From: Lepidodermella squamata
Lineage: Eukaryota; Animalia; Gastrotricha
Assembly: GCA_047495785.1 (NCBI GenBank)
Contig: JBLDXI010000030.1
Coordinates: 1-64,000, forward strand
Length of the DNA: 64,000 bases
Reading direction: 5' to 3'
Made by a program: the position numbers and the translations under genes. The notes under the pieces were generated by a model. It was not told the DNA's origin and ran no database searches. It saw only the letters and a program-made list of their open reading frames with translations. Positions 52,304 to 63,033 of this stretch are shown piece after piece. Each line of letters begins with the position of its first letter. The stretch's first letter is position 1.

Positions 52304-53474
52304 TCATCCTCCCTGCGAAGTAAATACTGAAATAAAAATGATAGCAACTACAGCGAAGAATGACACATCGATAATTCTTAGGAGGGATAGTTTCCCGCAG
52401 CGAAAATGATATTTACGATTGAACTTTGCAAAGCCTGATAAGTGAATGGCAAACAAGCTATGAATAGTGCATAGGACCGATGTCGCAACTTGAAAGGCGA
52501 GATACAATAATGCGTTAGGAATTTCGCTTGATTTAGGAATCGCATCGTTAACAACTGTTTGCCCAACTGCAAAAGCGAGAACTATCGTCACGAGCAGATT
52601 CGGCCGCTCATTCACATGAGGTTCGATCAGAACAACACTGAACATGATTAGAGTCAGGCAAAAAGACGGGAAAAATATGTTCAGAATGTAAATTCCGCAA
52701 TTCCGTTTCACATGGAGGGTGAAAACTGCGCGGTGGAAGATCAAATCCTTATGCGACATTCCATGGCTATAATCCATTTCAATAACCATGCCGGTATAGT
52801 TTACCAGCGACCAAAGATCAGCTGGGTGTAAGTAATCGGGCGAAATGTATTGACGAGTTTCGACTCGCAAAGGTGTCAGTTGTAAACCCTCCCAAGATTC
52901 GATTTGAATCGAACACTTTTGATCGTCAAAGGGAAAATTGTACAGCCTAGTAAAAAATTATTATTAATAAATCAGCGTAAAATATCGAATTCCTTACTTC
53001 ACTTGGCAATAAGTGGTAAAGCTGCCTTTAAACTTTAAAGGTGAGTAACACCTCTCCAGTATATCGGTACTTGATATAGTATTTATCCTTAATCATGTCC
53101 TCGAGATTCGCATCCTGGTCGTCGCCATTCATCAGCTCCAAACGAGGATGCCACGTGTCAAAGGCGCTCATTTCAAAGAATTCCGTACTACCCCACTCAG
53201 TGGCATTCCAGCGAACACAAGGATGCCGCCATGCGTACTGAACGATGGCCGTTGTTCTGAATGTCTGTGCCCTATCGTCGATATCTCGAAATCGCAACAG
53301 ATTGAGTTCTATAGTAACTAGCGGAGATTCACTGTTATCCTTGACTGGTCGGGAGAATGCTCTCAGGCTGCATCTGTCTGTCATATTCTGCCGAATGACC
53401 TCGTCCAGGGGTGTAAACTCAACTTGCCCCAGTGATTGGTTGAACATAAATGAAAAAGCAAGAAACGTTAACAT
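52304..53474 (-). pseudogene. Minimal pLGIC subunit H, frameshifted by a 7-bp tandem duplication
   Basis: ctttaaa repeated at 53026-53032 and 53033-53039; removing one copy restores LTFKGSFTTYCQVK|LYNFPFDDQKC. Confidence 0.8.
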
Positions 53475-53572
53475 TTCAATGTTTACAAGTGAAAATATCT
53501 TTGAATTTTTATTCGAAATCTTCAAATTTGAGGGTTTACTTTCAATTATAATTCTCAGGCTACATTCATTCT

Positions 53573-54547
53573 TCACAATTTCTTTAAGACAACAAATGCA
53601 TTACCCCAATTGTATGCTAGCTTATCATTATTATGGCTTTTCAGTGAATCGAAAGTAGCTTGAAGGAAACTTTTCCTCAGGCATTTCGCATTTTCATTGT
53701 CCAGTTTTGAGTCGATCATTTCTTGGAACGCCTCTTCGCTTCCTCGGAAAACTGACTTGGCGAAATGTTCCCTGAACAAATCGACATTTCTATGAGTCAA
53801 CAAGTTTCGATAGTCTTCGTTTTGAGTCGGCTTGCAGGATTCACGGCTAATCAACTCGAACCCGAGTGATTCCAACATTGAACTCTCCGCTGCTTTTTCA
53901 ACGTTTCGCGGCATTATTTTCATGTTGAAGTTGATCAAGTCACGTTCTGTCAGCGAACGACGTTCAACTAAAGATCGTGCTGCTTCCTGAATCGAATCAC
54001 AGGCGAGATTGAAAGTTTCGCTCCCATCGTCGTAGTTGAAATTGAGAATTAAAACGCCTCCTCGTACGAGTTCGTGAGATCTCGCTAATAGAAAAGCGTG
54101 CCAATCTTTCAAAGCTTGCTGCTGGCAAAGCAGACGCTCCTCGTGCGTGGCTAAAGACGGGAAAACGTGAGTGGTTAGCTTCACCGGCAGTCGTGACAGC
54201 TTGTTAAGGGAATTTGACGCACAAACACCGACATGAACACTTTTCTTCGGAAACAACTCGCAATTTCCATAAATTGAGCCGAAGGAGTTCCAGAAGAAAA
54301 TTCCGTTGTTTTGCTTCTCGACCGGTGTAGCATTGTTGATCTGACAGGCTAAGATAGGTCTGGGCGGAGATTTTGCCCTGACCCCATCAATAATATCATC
54401 GAAAATTGACGAAGAGCCGTAATCAGCAAGGATTAGAGATGATTTCCCACTGTTCGCCGCGTTGAATGCCTTAAGGCCAGCTTCGATGTGCGGCTTAGCT
54501 AGTTGTAGAATTTGAGCCCTTGAGGTAGCGTAAAAACAACCTAGCAT
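53573..54547 (-). CDS. SABATH/Methyltransf_7-like SAM-dependent methyltransferase, intronless, degenerate motifs
   Basis: LADYGSS, GSIY..LFPKKSVH, LSRLP, QQALKDWHAFLLARSHELVRGGVLIL. Confidence 0.75.
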   Translation of the reverse strand: MLGCFYATSRAQILQLAKPHIEAGLKAFNAANSGKSSLILADYGSSSIFDDIIDGVRAKSPPRPILACQINNATPVEKQNNGIFFWNSFGSIYGNCELFPKKSVHVGVCASNSLNKLSRLPVKLTTHVFPSLATHEERLLCQQQALKDWHAFLLARSHELVRGGVLILNFNYDDGSETFNLACDSIQEAARSLVERRSLTERDLINFNMKIMPRNVEKAAESSMLESLGFELISRESCKPTQNEDYRNLLTHRNVDLFREHFAKSVFRGSEEAFQEMIDSKLDNENAKCLRKSFLQATFDSLKSHNNDKLAYNWGNAFVVLKKL

Positions 54548-54770
54548 TTCTGTTTTCTTGTCTACACTGAAGATACTATGCTTTACTAACCACGGCTTAG
54601 CACGCAGACAGTGCGTGACGCAGGTCAGTACACATCTATTGATCTACTAGCGTATAAGCTCAATCGATGCCGGGCTGCAAAACGCTATACAATACGTGTG
54701 CTCTTTATTACGGCGCGATTAAAATTTAATTTTCATCCTATGAAAATGTCATATGATCAGTTACAATACA

Positions 54771-55064
54771 TCAGGCCAGTTTGCATCTGTATTTAGGGCT
54801 GCCGGCGATGCGAGCGCCGTAGCATTCGTCGAGCCAAACTACCTTGGCATCCATGCCTCCGATCATGCATGGGCAGTGGCCGTACGAGCAGTAGTAAGTG
54901 TCGAAGGAGCCGTCCGAGTCGCATTGCTTCTCTATGTTGTAGCCATCCTTGCATTTGCAATACCTAGCGTGCCAGAAGCGTTCGAAGGACTCGGCTGTAG
55001 CAAGTGCTAGAAGACAGGTTAAAATGAAGACGGACCTATAGCCAGGCCGAAATGATTTCGACAT
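54771..55064 (-). CDS. Secreted 8-Cys peptide 1 (unassigned family)
   Basis: Signal peptide + C-x-C-x9-C-x10-C-x4-C-x-C-x14-C-x12-C; three paralogues nearby. Confidence 0.8.
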   Translation of the reverse strand: MSKSFRPGYRSVFILTCLLALATAESFERFWHARYCKCKDGYNIEKQCDSDGSFDTYYCSYGHCPCMIGGMDAKVVWLDECYGARIAGSPKYRCKLA

Positions 55065-56518
55065 GGCTCAACAACAACTAATCGAGGTAAAAATACAGAG
55101 AAATGAAAAGCGAAGAAGGCAGGATAAATCGCGTAATTGGCCAGACTCATTATATTAAGAAGAATTAAATCAAGATTCCGTGACTTGAATAGGCCACTGT
55201 CTACTAATCAAGTCCCGCGTGACCAGTAAACACAAAGTCGTCAATGAGCGCAGACGACTATGAGCGTAGAAGTAGACTATCGAAAATTCGTAACGTATCA
55301 AATGCATTTTTTAAAGTGTTTTCTCCTGGAATTTCAGGCATTCAATAGCTATGAGATCAAGGGAATACTCTATGGCTAGCTACGGAGAAGTATAATTTCC
55401 CCCCGATTTGGAACCCTGAGCTCGTTTTGGCGCGGCCAAACAAATAGAGTGGTTCCAGAGAGGGTTTCAGAGTAAGAACAATGAAAAAGAACAATTTTCC
55501 AAATTGGCCATTTTTGGAAATATCCGATCACTATGCTTGTACCGAAATGGAGTCGCCCCCAATAATTTCAGCCTAAATTAAATGTCCCGGGCGGTTCAAA
55601 ACCGATCGATAAAGCAAATGACAGGCCTCAAGTAAATGCGAGTGCAGGCTGGCAAATAGGCCTGAAAATTATCACTCTAAAATGAAATTAACGCGTAGTT
55701 TTCAGACATCAATTAGGTAAATAGAAGACGAGCCTCCGATAAATGTCTGGGCCCTTGAAAAATACCAGACATGGATTCGTATTTGATTGGTCACATGCAT
55801 GTGTTGACTCATACTGTTTTGGTGACTTCGGAACAAAGGGACATTTTCTGTGGATATTTCAGGCCTAATTAAACCGAGCGCCATTATCAACAGCCCACCA
55901 TCACTTTCCTCTGTGCATCGATAATATAAGATGTTCAGCAATTGTGAAATGGTGCTTTTATTGGAATCTAGCCACTGGTCTACATTTTAATCAGTCATAA
56001 AACAATATATTTACACGAAAGAGAAATTGTTTCAGACATAATATGTTGTCGCTGATATAACTCAGACAATGAGGCACGGGTAGCGAGGCGGGCCCATCCA
56101 TTCGTCGTTCTGGCACGTGGTCATCAGTGTAGAAAGTAGGGGGGGGGACGGTGGGTATCATCCTGGTCTCGGCGATGCTTCATCCCGACCTGGCAAGGGA
56201 CGACAGCTCATCCCCCGGGGGATGAGGTTATATCCTGGTCTCCAGCCGAAACTGCACTGGGGACGATACTGGTAGCGGGGTGAAGTGAGCGCAATCTGAC
56301 GCCAAAATTTGAAATTTACGCGCAAAAGCCCTTTCAACTGTAAATCGCGAGATTGTAAAAATATAATTGAAAATATCTAAATTATATATGACATCCATCA
56401 CAATAATGGAATTATAAAAGAAGCGAGGTATAGACTTTTTACGCAAGGTGAGGTGAGGCAGACCTTAAAGCGGCAGACCTGAGCCGTTCTCGTCCACTTT
56501 CATAGATATGCAAGAGTG

Positions 56519-58195
56519 TAGAGCAAATCTGGCGATAGATGGCGTAAATCTAAAGTCATATTCTGATTCCCAGACCCTCTTTTAGTAAAGATGTTATATT
56601 TTCTTTCAGATCTAGATGATTTGCCACCTTTGAGTCAATTTTTTCGATTTTTCACTTTTGACCATCCGAAAAATGTCATTCTGAAGGGTCTAGAGCAAAT
56701 CTGGCGATAGATGGCGTAAATCTAAAGTCATATTCTGATTCCCAGACCCTCTTTTAGTAAAGATGTTATATTTTCTTTCAGATCTAGATGATTTGCCACC
56801 TTTGAGTCAATTTTTTCGATTTTTCACTTTTGACCATCCGAAAAATGTCATTCTGAAGGGACTAGAGCAAACCTGGCGATAGATGGCGTAAATCTAAAGT
56901 CATATTCTGATTCCCAGACCCTCTTTTAGTAAAGATGTTATATTTTCTTTCAGATCTAGATGATTTGCCACCTTTGAGTCAATTTTTTCGATTTTTCACT
57001 TTTGACCATCGGAAAAATGTCATTCTGAAGGGACTAGAGCAAATCTGGCGATAGATGGCGTAAATCTAAAGTCATATTCTGATTCCCAGACCCTCTTTTA
57101 GTAAAGATGTTATATTTTCTTTCAGATCTAGATGATTTGCCACCTTTGAGTCAATTTTTTCGATTTTTCACTTTTGACCATCCGAAAAATGTCATTCTGA
57201 AGGGACTAGAGCAAACCTGGCGATAGATGGCGTAAATCTAAAGTCATATTCTGATTCCCAGACCCTCTTTTAGTAAAGATGTTATATTTTCTTTCAGATC
57301 TAGATGATTTGCCACCTTTGAGTCAATTTTTTCGATTTTTCACTTTTGACCATCCGAAAAATGTCATTCTGAAGGGACTAGAGCAAATCTGGCGATAGAT
57401 GGCGTAAATCTAAAGTCATATTCTGATTCCCAGACCCTCTTTTAGTAAAGATGTTATATTTTCTTTCAGATCTAGATGATTTGCCACCTTTGAGTCAATT
57501 TTTTCGATTTTTCACTTTTGACCATCCGAAAAATGTCATTCTGAAGGGACTAGAGCAAATCTGGCGATAGATGGCGTAAATCTAAAGTCATATTCTGATT
57601 CCCAGACCCTCTTTTAGTAAAGATGTTATATTTTCTTTCAGATCTAGATGATTTGCCACCTTTGAGTCAATTTTTTCGATTTTTCACTTTTGACCATCCG
57701 AAAAATGTCATTCTGAAGGGACTAGAGCAAATCTGGCGATAGATGGCGTAAATCTAAAGTCATATTCTGATTCCCAGACCCTCTTTTAGTAAAGATGTTA
57801 TATTTTCTTTCAGATCTAGATGATTTGCCACCTTTGAGTCAATTTTTTCGATTTTTCACTTTTGACCATCGGAAAAATGTCATTCTGAAGGGACTAGAGC
57901 AAATCTGGCGATAGATGGCGTAAATCTAAAGTCATATTCTGATTCCCAGACCCTCTTTTAGTAAAGATGTTATATTTTCTTTCAGATCTAGATGATTTGC
58001 CACCTTTGAGTCAATTTTTTCGATTTTTCACTTTTGACCATCCGAAAAATGTCATTCTGAAGGGACTAGAGCAAACCTGGCGATAGATGGCGTAAATCTA
58101 AAGTCATATTCTGATTCCCAGACCCTCTTTTAGTAAAGATGTTATATTTTCTTTCAGATCTAGATGATTTGCCACCTTTGAGTCAATTTTTTCCA
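56519..58195. repeat. 172-bp tandem repeat, ~9.7 near-identical copies
   Basis: gagcaaa(t/c)ctggcg recurs at 56521, 56693, 56865 ... 58069 (period 172); only a few variant positions. Confidence 0.95.
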
Positions 58196-58250
58196 TTTTT
58201 TAACTACGGAATTTTTTTATTCTCAGATTTTAATCTGTTGTTTGTTTATT

Positions 58251-61032
58251 ATGGCTCAAAGCAAAATTAATTCATTTTTCGCAAAGTCAGCTGCCTCTCA
58301 GGGAAAAGAGGATCAAGGTAATAATTATCTTTCTCTCTTTTTTTAATCTTTATAATAGCTTTAGAACGTCCAAAATCCGTTGCAACCAGGAAGCGAGATG
58401 ATTCAAGTGAAGCTGGTCCTAGCCGTGCAATCTCCTCCATGTCTAACGTTGATCCTCGAGGTAATCCTGATCAATTACCTAACAACCATTTTTGATATGC
58501 ATATCTTTCTTAGATTCAGTATCGAAACGCTCTGGTTTCACCTCTAATAGGCCATCGCAAACCCCTGGTGAACTTAAAAAGTCTCGTCCTGTCGAGTCTT
58601 ACGATGTCGATGACGTTGCGTCGCTGCTGAGCTCGGAGTCAGTGTTCCTGAGCGACGAAGAACCAGCTGTTGACCCCTTACCACCGTCGAAAATAACGCG
58701 AAACAGCTTTGAAAGACGAACTCTGCTCAAAATGCGTGATGCAGCACGTAAAAGTTCTGACGAAACACATCCGCCCTGGAAAGAATCGCCTAAACAATTC
58801 CGTCAATGGGTTGAATCCGAAATTCTAGATCTAGATGGCGTAGGGACATACTGCAAAACCGGAAAGCTGTTTTGCTCATTATGTCAAATGGGTAATTTAA
58901 TTTTGATTTTTTTCAATCAATTTTGAATATCTGTTTTGAATTTAAGGTCATAAATTGCCTCGAGGTCTTCATTTTGTTAAGGAATGGACGACGGTTGGTA
59001 TCGAATGTGGCGTCAAGCGGCAAAAGGTGTGGGAAAAAATCTCGAATCATGTTGAGTCAGATGCTCATAAAGCTGCGTTTCAAGAGGCAGTGAAATCCGA
59101 GCGCCACACAATCAAGCAGCGATTCAACGAGGCTAATGAAAAGATCAACTCGCGACTACAGCGCAATGCGGTAGAAACTTTTCGTACTTTTCGAACAGTC
59201 TATTGGGAGGTAAAGGAGCGAATCGCCTTCGAAAAGCACGAAAGTTTAGTTTGCCTGCAACGTCTGAACGGCCTCGACATGGGAACACTCTTATTCTCTA
59301 AAGTCTCTTCTCATGACATCGCCATTCATATCAGCGACGAAATGAAATCGGAACTTTGTAATCACATTCTCAGGGAGAAGAGAGATATTTGTCTCATGGT
59401 CGACGAATCTACCACCAAGTCGAAGAAATCATCGCTGATCATTTACTTAAGAACGGTCGAAAATGACGTACCTTGCAACTGGTTTTTCGACCTCGTCGAG
59501 TTGGAGGGTATGGACGCGCTGACAATCTGCGACTCAATAATCAAATCTCTCAATGAAGCCGGTCTCAGTGATGAATTTCTCGAGGTTCACCTTATAGGAA
59601 TGGCAATGGATGGGGCGTCAGTCATGATGGGGGAAGTCAAAGGAGCAGGTATTTTCCACTTGTTCAACTTGTTTAAAACTAAATTAAAGTGAAATTAAAT
59701 TAAATTATTGAATTAAATTTAAATTGTTTAAATTGTTTAATTTCTGAAATTTTGATTTTTTTAAATGAATACAGCCAAACTTATGCAGCGCAAGTATCGA
59801 AGTCTTGTCTTCGTTATTCACTGTCTCGCTCATCGGTTGGAACTGGCTATCCGTGACGCTCTTCAAGGCAACCTCGCTGTCAAGATTTTCACTGATTTAG
59901 TGAATGACATTTATGCCTACTACTCACGCTCACCGAAGGCGTTGCGTGAACTGAAACTCATCGCCGACGATTTTGGCATCGTCATCAAAACGATGCAGCG
60001 TCTTCTGGATGTTCGCTGGGCGTATTCCAGTTTCCGTTCTCTCGACGCGCTGGCTAACAACATTCCAGCGATCTTCAAGCACCTAAGTGGGAAGATTCAA
60101 ACGGCGAAGTCGAAGAAGAAGAATGACAAGGTTGACCGCCTCAAGAAGATCGTGAACTCATTGACGGACTTCACCTTTCTCGCTCAGCTGGCGTTCATTC
60201 ATGATGCCTTACGAGAGATGACCTGGTTATCCCTGACCCTTCAGAGGTCCGAATCGTCGCCCCTGGACGTTTGGCCTCATATAAGGCGAACTATTGAGCA
60301 CCTCGACAACATGGGCGTGTCTGACGGTGTGAGCGTGTCAAATCTCATGAGCTCCTACGCCGAAAAACAGCTGAACGGCATTCCTCTTCGAAACTGCACT
60401 GATGCCGCCCTTGCAGCGTTTTCAGCAACAAAGTTGAAGCTATCCAGCAAGATGGCTGAAAGCCTGCGCGAACGTGTCTCGACATCGCAGAAATTTCTGG
60501 AAGCAGCTTCAGCCCTCGTCCCGCTTAACTGGCCGCCACGATCAAGTGTCAAGTTCCTCAAGTTCGGCGAGTTCGAAGTCGAAACTCTGGCAAATTCTTT
60601 TGGCCTTGATTGGTGGGCGGTGACGAAGGATCTACGCGATTGGAAAGAAGGTCGCGAACCCCTGCAATCGTCAGCGCTTGGTCAGCTCATGATAAAGTTG
60701 AAGACAGTCGCCGTCACTTCGTCTGACTGTGAGCGTGGATTTTCTGAAATGAACCGCACTCAATCAGACGATCGCAATAGGCTTTACGTTGTTACCATGT
60801 CCTGTAAGTTTCAATTTGATGATTCGTAAATACTGGAATTAAAAAACTCTGATTTATAGCTCTGATGTTCGTGTGTATTAATGGGCCTGCGATTCACAAC
60901 TTCGACCCAACTCAATTCGTGCGCTCATGGCTGCAGAAGGGTCGTCGCAGTGCCCGTGATCAAGCCCGTCTTCCGGCTCCAATCGACTCGCCGGTGGAGA
61001 AAATCAGGTCCACCATTTTTATACGAAAATAA
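58251..61032 (+). CDS. hAT transposase (6 exons, open frame)
   Basis: MAQSKINSFF start; VDESTT, MDGASVM, HCLAHRLELA, RW and SSDCERGFS motifs; all introns GT-AG and in phase. Confidence 0.92.
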
Positions 61033-61068
61033 TTGATAGAATTAGGATGAATTCAATCTCAAAATTAG

Positions 61069-61139
61069 CTTTGTCTCGTCCAATGGTAGGACGCTGCCCC
61101 TAAAAGGCGGAAATCTTGGTTCGATTCCAAGGACAAAGA
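61069..61139 (+). tRNA. tRNA-like cloverleaf (71 nt, nominal anticodon TAA, C33, short variable loop) inside the hAT element
   Basis: Acceptor CTTTGTC/GACAAAG, D stem GTCC/GGAC, anticodon stem CTGCC/GGCGG with loop CCTAAAA, T stem CTTGG/CCAAG with TTCGATT. Confidence 0.7.
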
Positions 61140-61704
61140 ATGCTTTGAGAAATATAGGAAGAATGTGAATAGATGATGCGAGCGAACGCGTAGCGTTCGC
61201 GAGCGAAATTTTTTGACCAAAATACTCTATCCCCCCCTCAGGAAAATTCCTACTTTCTACGCTGGTGGTCATCCACAGAAATTTGATGTCCTGACCGCCG
61301 AGCAGGCACGGGCACTGGCCGTAGGTGCACAAATACCTAGACTGTTCGTCCGTACACTGCCGCTCTATGTTGTAGCCGTCCTTGCAGCGGCAGAATTTGT
61401 GCGAAAAACCGTGCATATCATCGCCATTCATCGCCGAGATACAGGCGACAAGGCCGAGTAACAGTAGACAAATTGATACTGATTTCTGCATAATTTTCGA
61501 GTCGAATGAGGAGGTCAAATGTTTTTGCAGCTTTTTTCAACACATTTTACCAAAGGGCAAATTTGTACAGACTCTTGAATTCCCAGAGGCGGAAATGCTC
61601 AAGCCTCCGCAATCAATAAAAATCACAGACGAATAAAGAAATAATTGTGACTTTTTTATTCTTGTGTCGACAAGTGAGTGACTGAGTGGCAAATCAATAA
61701 TAAA

Positions 61705-61980
61705 TCAAAATATGTTGCATTGGTAGCGCGAGTTGCTCGAGTAGAAGTGGTACTCGGCGAAGCAGTCGTTCATCCATAGACTTCGCGCCGTTTTGTGGCC
61801 GACCCGACACGCACATCGCCCGTGCCCGCATTCGTAGTAGTCGAACGCCGAATTGCGGCACTGAGCCTCGATGTTCAGCCCGTCTCGGCAGTTGCAAAAC
61901 TTGTGCCAAAACGCAGCCGCGGTTTGCACAGCAAGCATAGAAGTTAAACATATCAGAACGAACAAGCTCGTTTTAGCCAT
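61705..61980 (-). CDS. Secreted 8-Cys peptide 3
   Basis: Signal peptide + FWHKFCNCRDGLNIEAQC..C..G.C.C..W...C..Y.C. Confidence 0.82.
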   Translation of the reverse strand: MAKTSLFVLICLTSMLAVQTAAAFWHKFCNCRDGLNIEAQCRNSAFDYYECGHGRCACRVGHKTARSLWMNDCFAEYHFYSSNSRYQCNIF

Positions 61981-62426
61981 TCGTAATGTTGATGCTTTTT
62001 GATGAATGATTTTGAAAAATGAAAATACGCTAGGACGAAATCAGATCTGGTAATTATGACGTAGAGTAGGTAATTGGCCACGACGTAGCGTTGGCAATAG
62101 TGCTAGACCGGAATTTGGTCATGCGTGTATGCTACAATGAATTTATTTTTGTTGGTTGTAGTATAGTAATGTCGTCTCACGGGGCACGTAGGATTAGCCG
62201 CGCACTTTGACGCCCTCTTCATGCGTGTGAATTTCGCATGTCCGAAAACAGCGATCGATCACGCAATTGTTGCCCAGTGCCTGTTTATCAAGTGCGAATT
62301 GAGTGATCCAATGAGGCCACTTGTTTTCAAGAGTACGACTCGTTTCTCCTAATATTCAGTACAATATAACAATTCGATTACAATATCAGTGTTATTTATT
62401 ATGAAAATAAGCAATTCGAAACAGTT

Positions 62427-62702
62427 TCAGCTCTCCTTGCACTTGAATCTAGATTTCCGCTTGCTATGGCATTCCGCAATCCACTGCGATATCGCTGAAT
62501 GGCTTTTGCTGAGTTGACACGGGCAGAAGCCTTGCGAGCATGGGTACGCGTCGAACGATGAACCCTGATGGCACATAATTTGCATAAATCGAATGTCCTT
62601 GCACGAGCACTTTTTCGCCTTGATTGTTATCCAACTTTGCGATGGCAGTAGTTGAATGAGAAGCAGCGTTATCAACATTAAAAAATCCGCCTTAAACTTC
62701 AT
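62427..62702 (-). CDS. Secreted 8-Cys peptide 4 (cationic, more divergent)
   Basis: Signal peptide + same Cys spacing; Lys/Arg-rich. Confidence 0.78.
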   Translation of the reverse strand: MKFKADFLMLITLLLIQLLPSQSWITIKAKKCSCKDIRFMQIMCHQGSSFDAYPCSQGFCPCQLSKSHSAISQWIAECHSKRKSRFKCKES

Positions 62703-63033
62703 AATTTGTTACTTATGAATAAAAACTACGTAGTTAGGACATAAGGTAAGCTCGAGAATAGCAAAAACGCCGGTAGTCGTGCGTGGACTGCCGGAACCTG
62801 GAGGATTATCTGCAGCTAACAATTCGCCGGAAGGCGGCTTAGAAAATTTAATAAGGCGACGATGCACTTTCTCGAAAAGCCTATAAACAAAATCGCAGTG
62901 TACGCGCAATAATTATTTTCCTTTAATTTTTAATTATTCGACAGCTATATCGGGAATTTGTTGTTGCGGTTTTCAACAATCGATATAGATCTCGTGTTGG
63001 TAAAACCTCCTTATTCATGCGAAGTTTATTTTC

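Larger units (their letters stand above)
56125..61264 (+). mobile_element. hAT DNA transposon, 5140 bp, apparently intact
   Basis: TIR CAGTGTAGAAAGTAGG / CAGCGTAGAAAGTAGG; perfect 8-bp TSD GTGGTCAT at 56117-56124 and 61265-61272. Confidence 0.95.
56062..61491 (-). pseudogene. Secreted 8-Cys peptide 2, split by the hAT insertion
   Basis: 5' part 61491-61265 (..KFLWMTT) and 3' part 56124-56062 (CQNDEWMGPPRYPCLIV*) rejoin in frame after removing the element and one TSD copy. Confidence 0.9.

Noticed and set aside
53475-53576. SABATH-channel fusion or overlap suggested by ORF 53028-53576
   Set aside because: The extension starts at a non-ATG codon in AT-rich spacer; the signal peptide begins at ATG 53474
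56519-58195. CRISPR-like array
   Set aside because: Units are contiguous and near-identical with no unique spacers; eukaryotic context and no cas genes
61099-61105. Amber suppressor (CTA) reading of the tRNA-like loop
   Set aside because: With the 5-bp stem, CTA falls at positions 33-35, not 34-36
61042-61264. C-terminal half of the 158-aa ORF 61042-61518
   Set aside because: Read-through into the hAT terminus; the true C-terminus is at 56062-56124
54771-62702. Assignment of the 8-Cys peptides to macins or Ly6
   Set aside because: Cys spacing does not match, and there is no terminal CN motif
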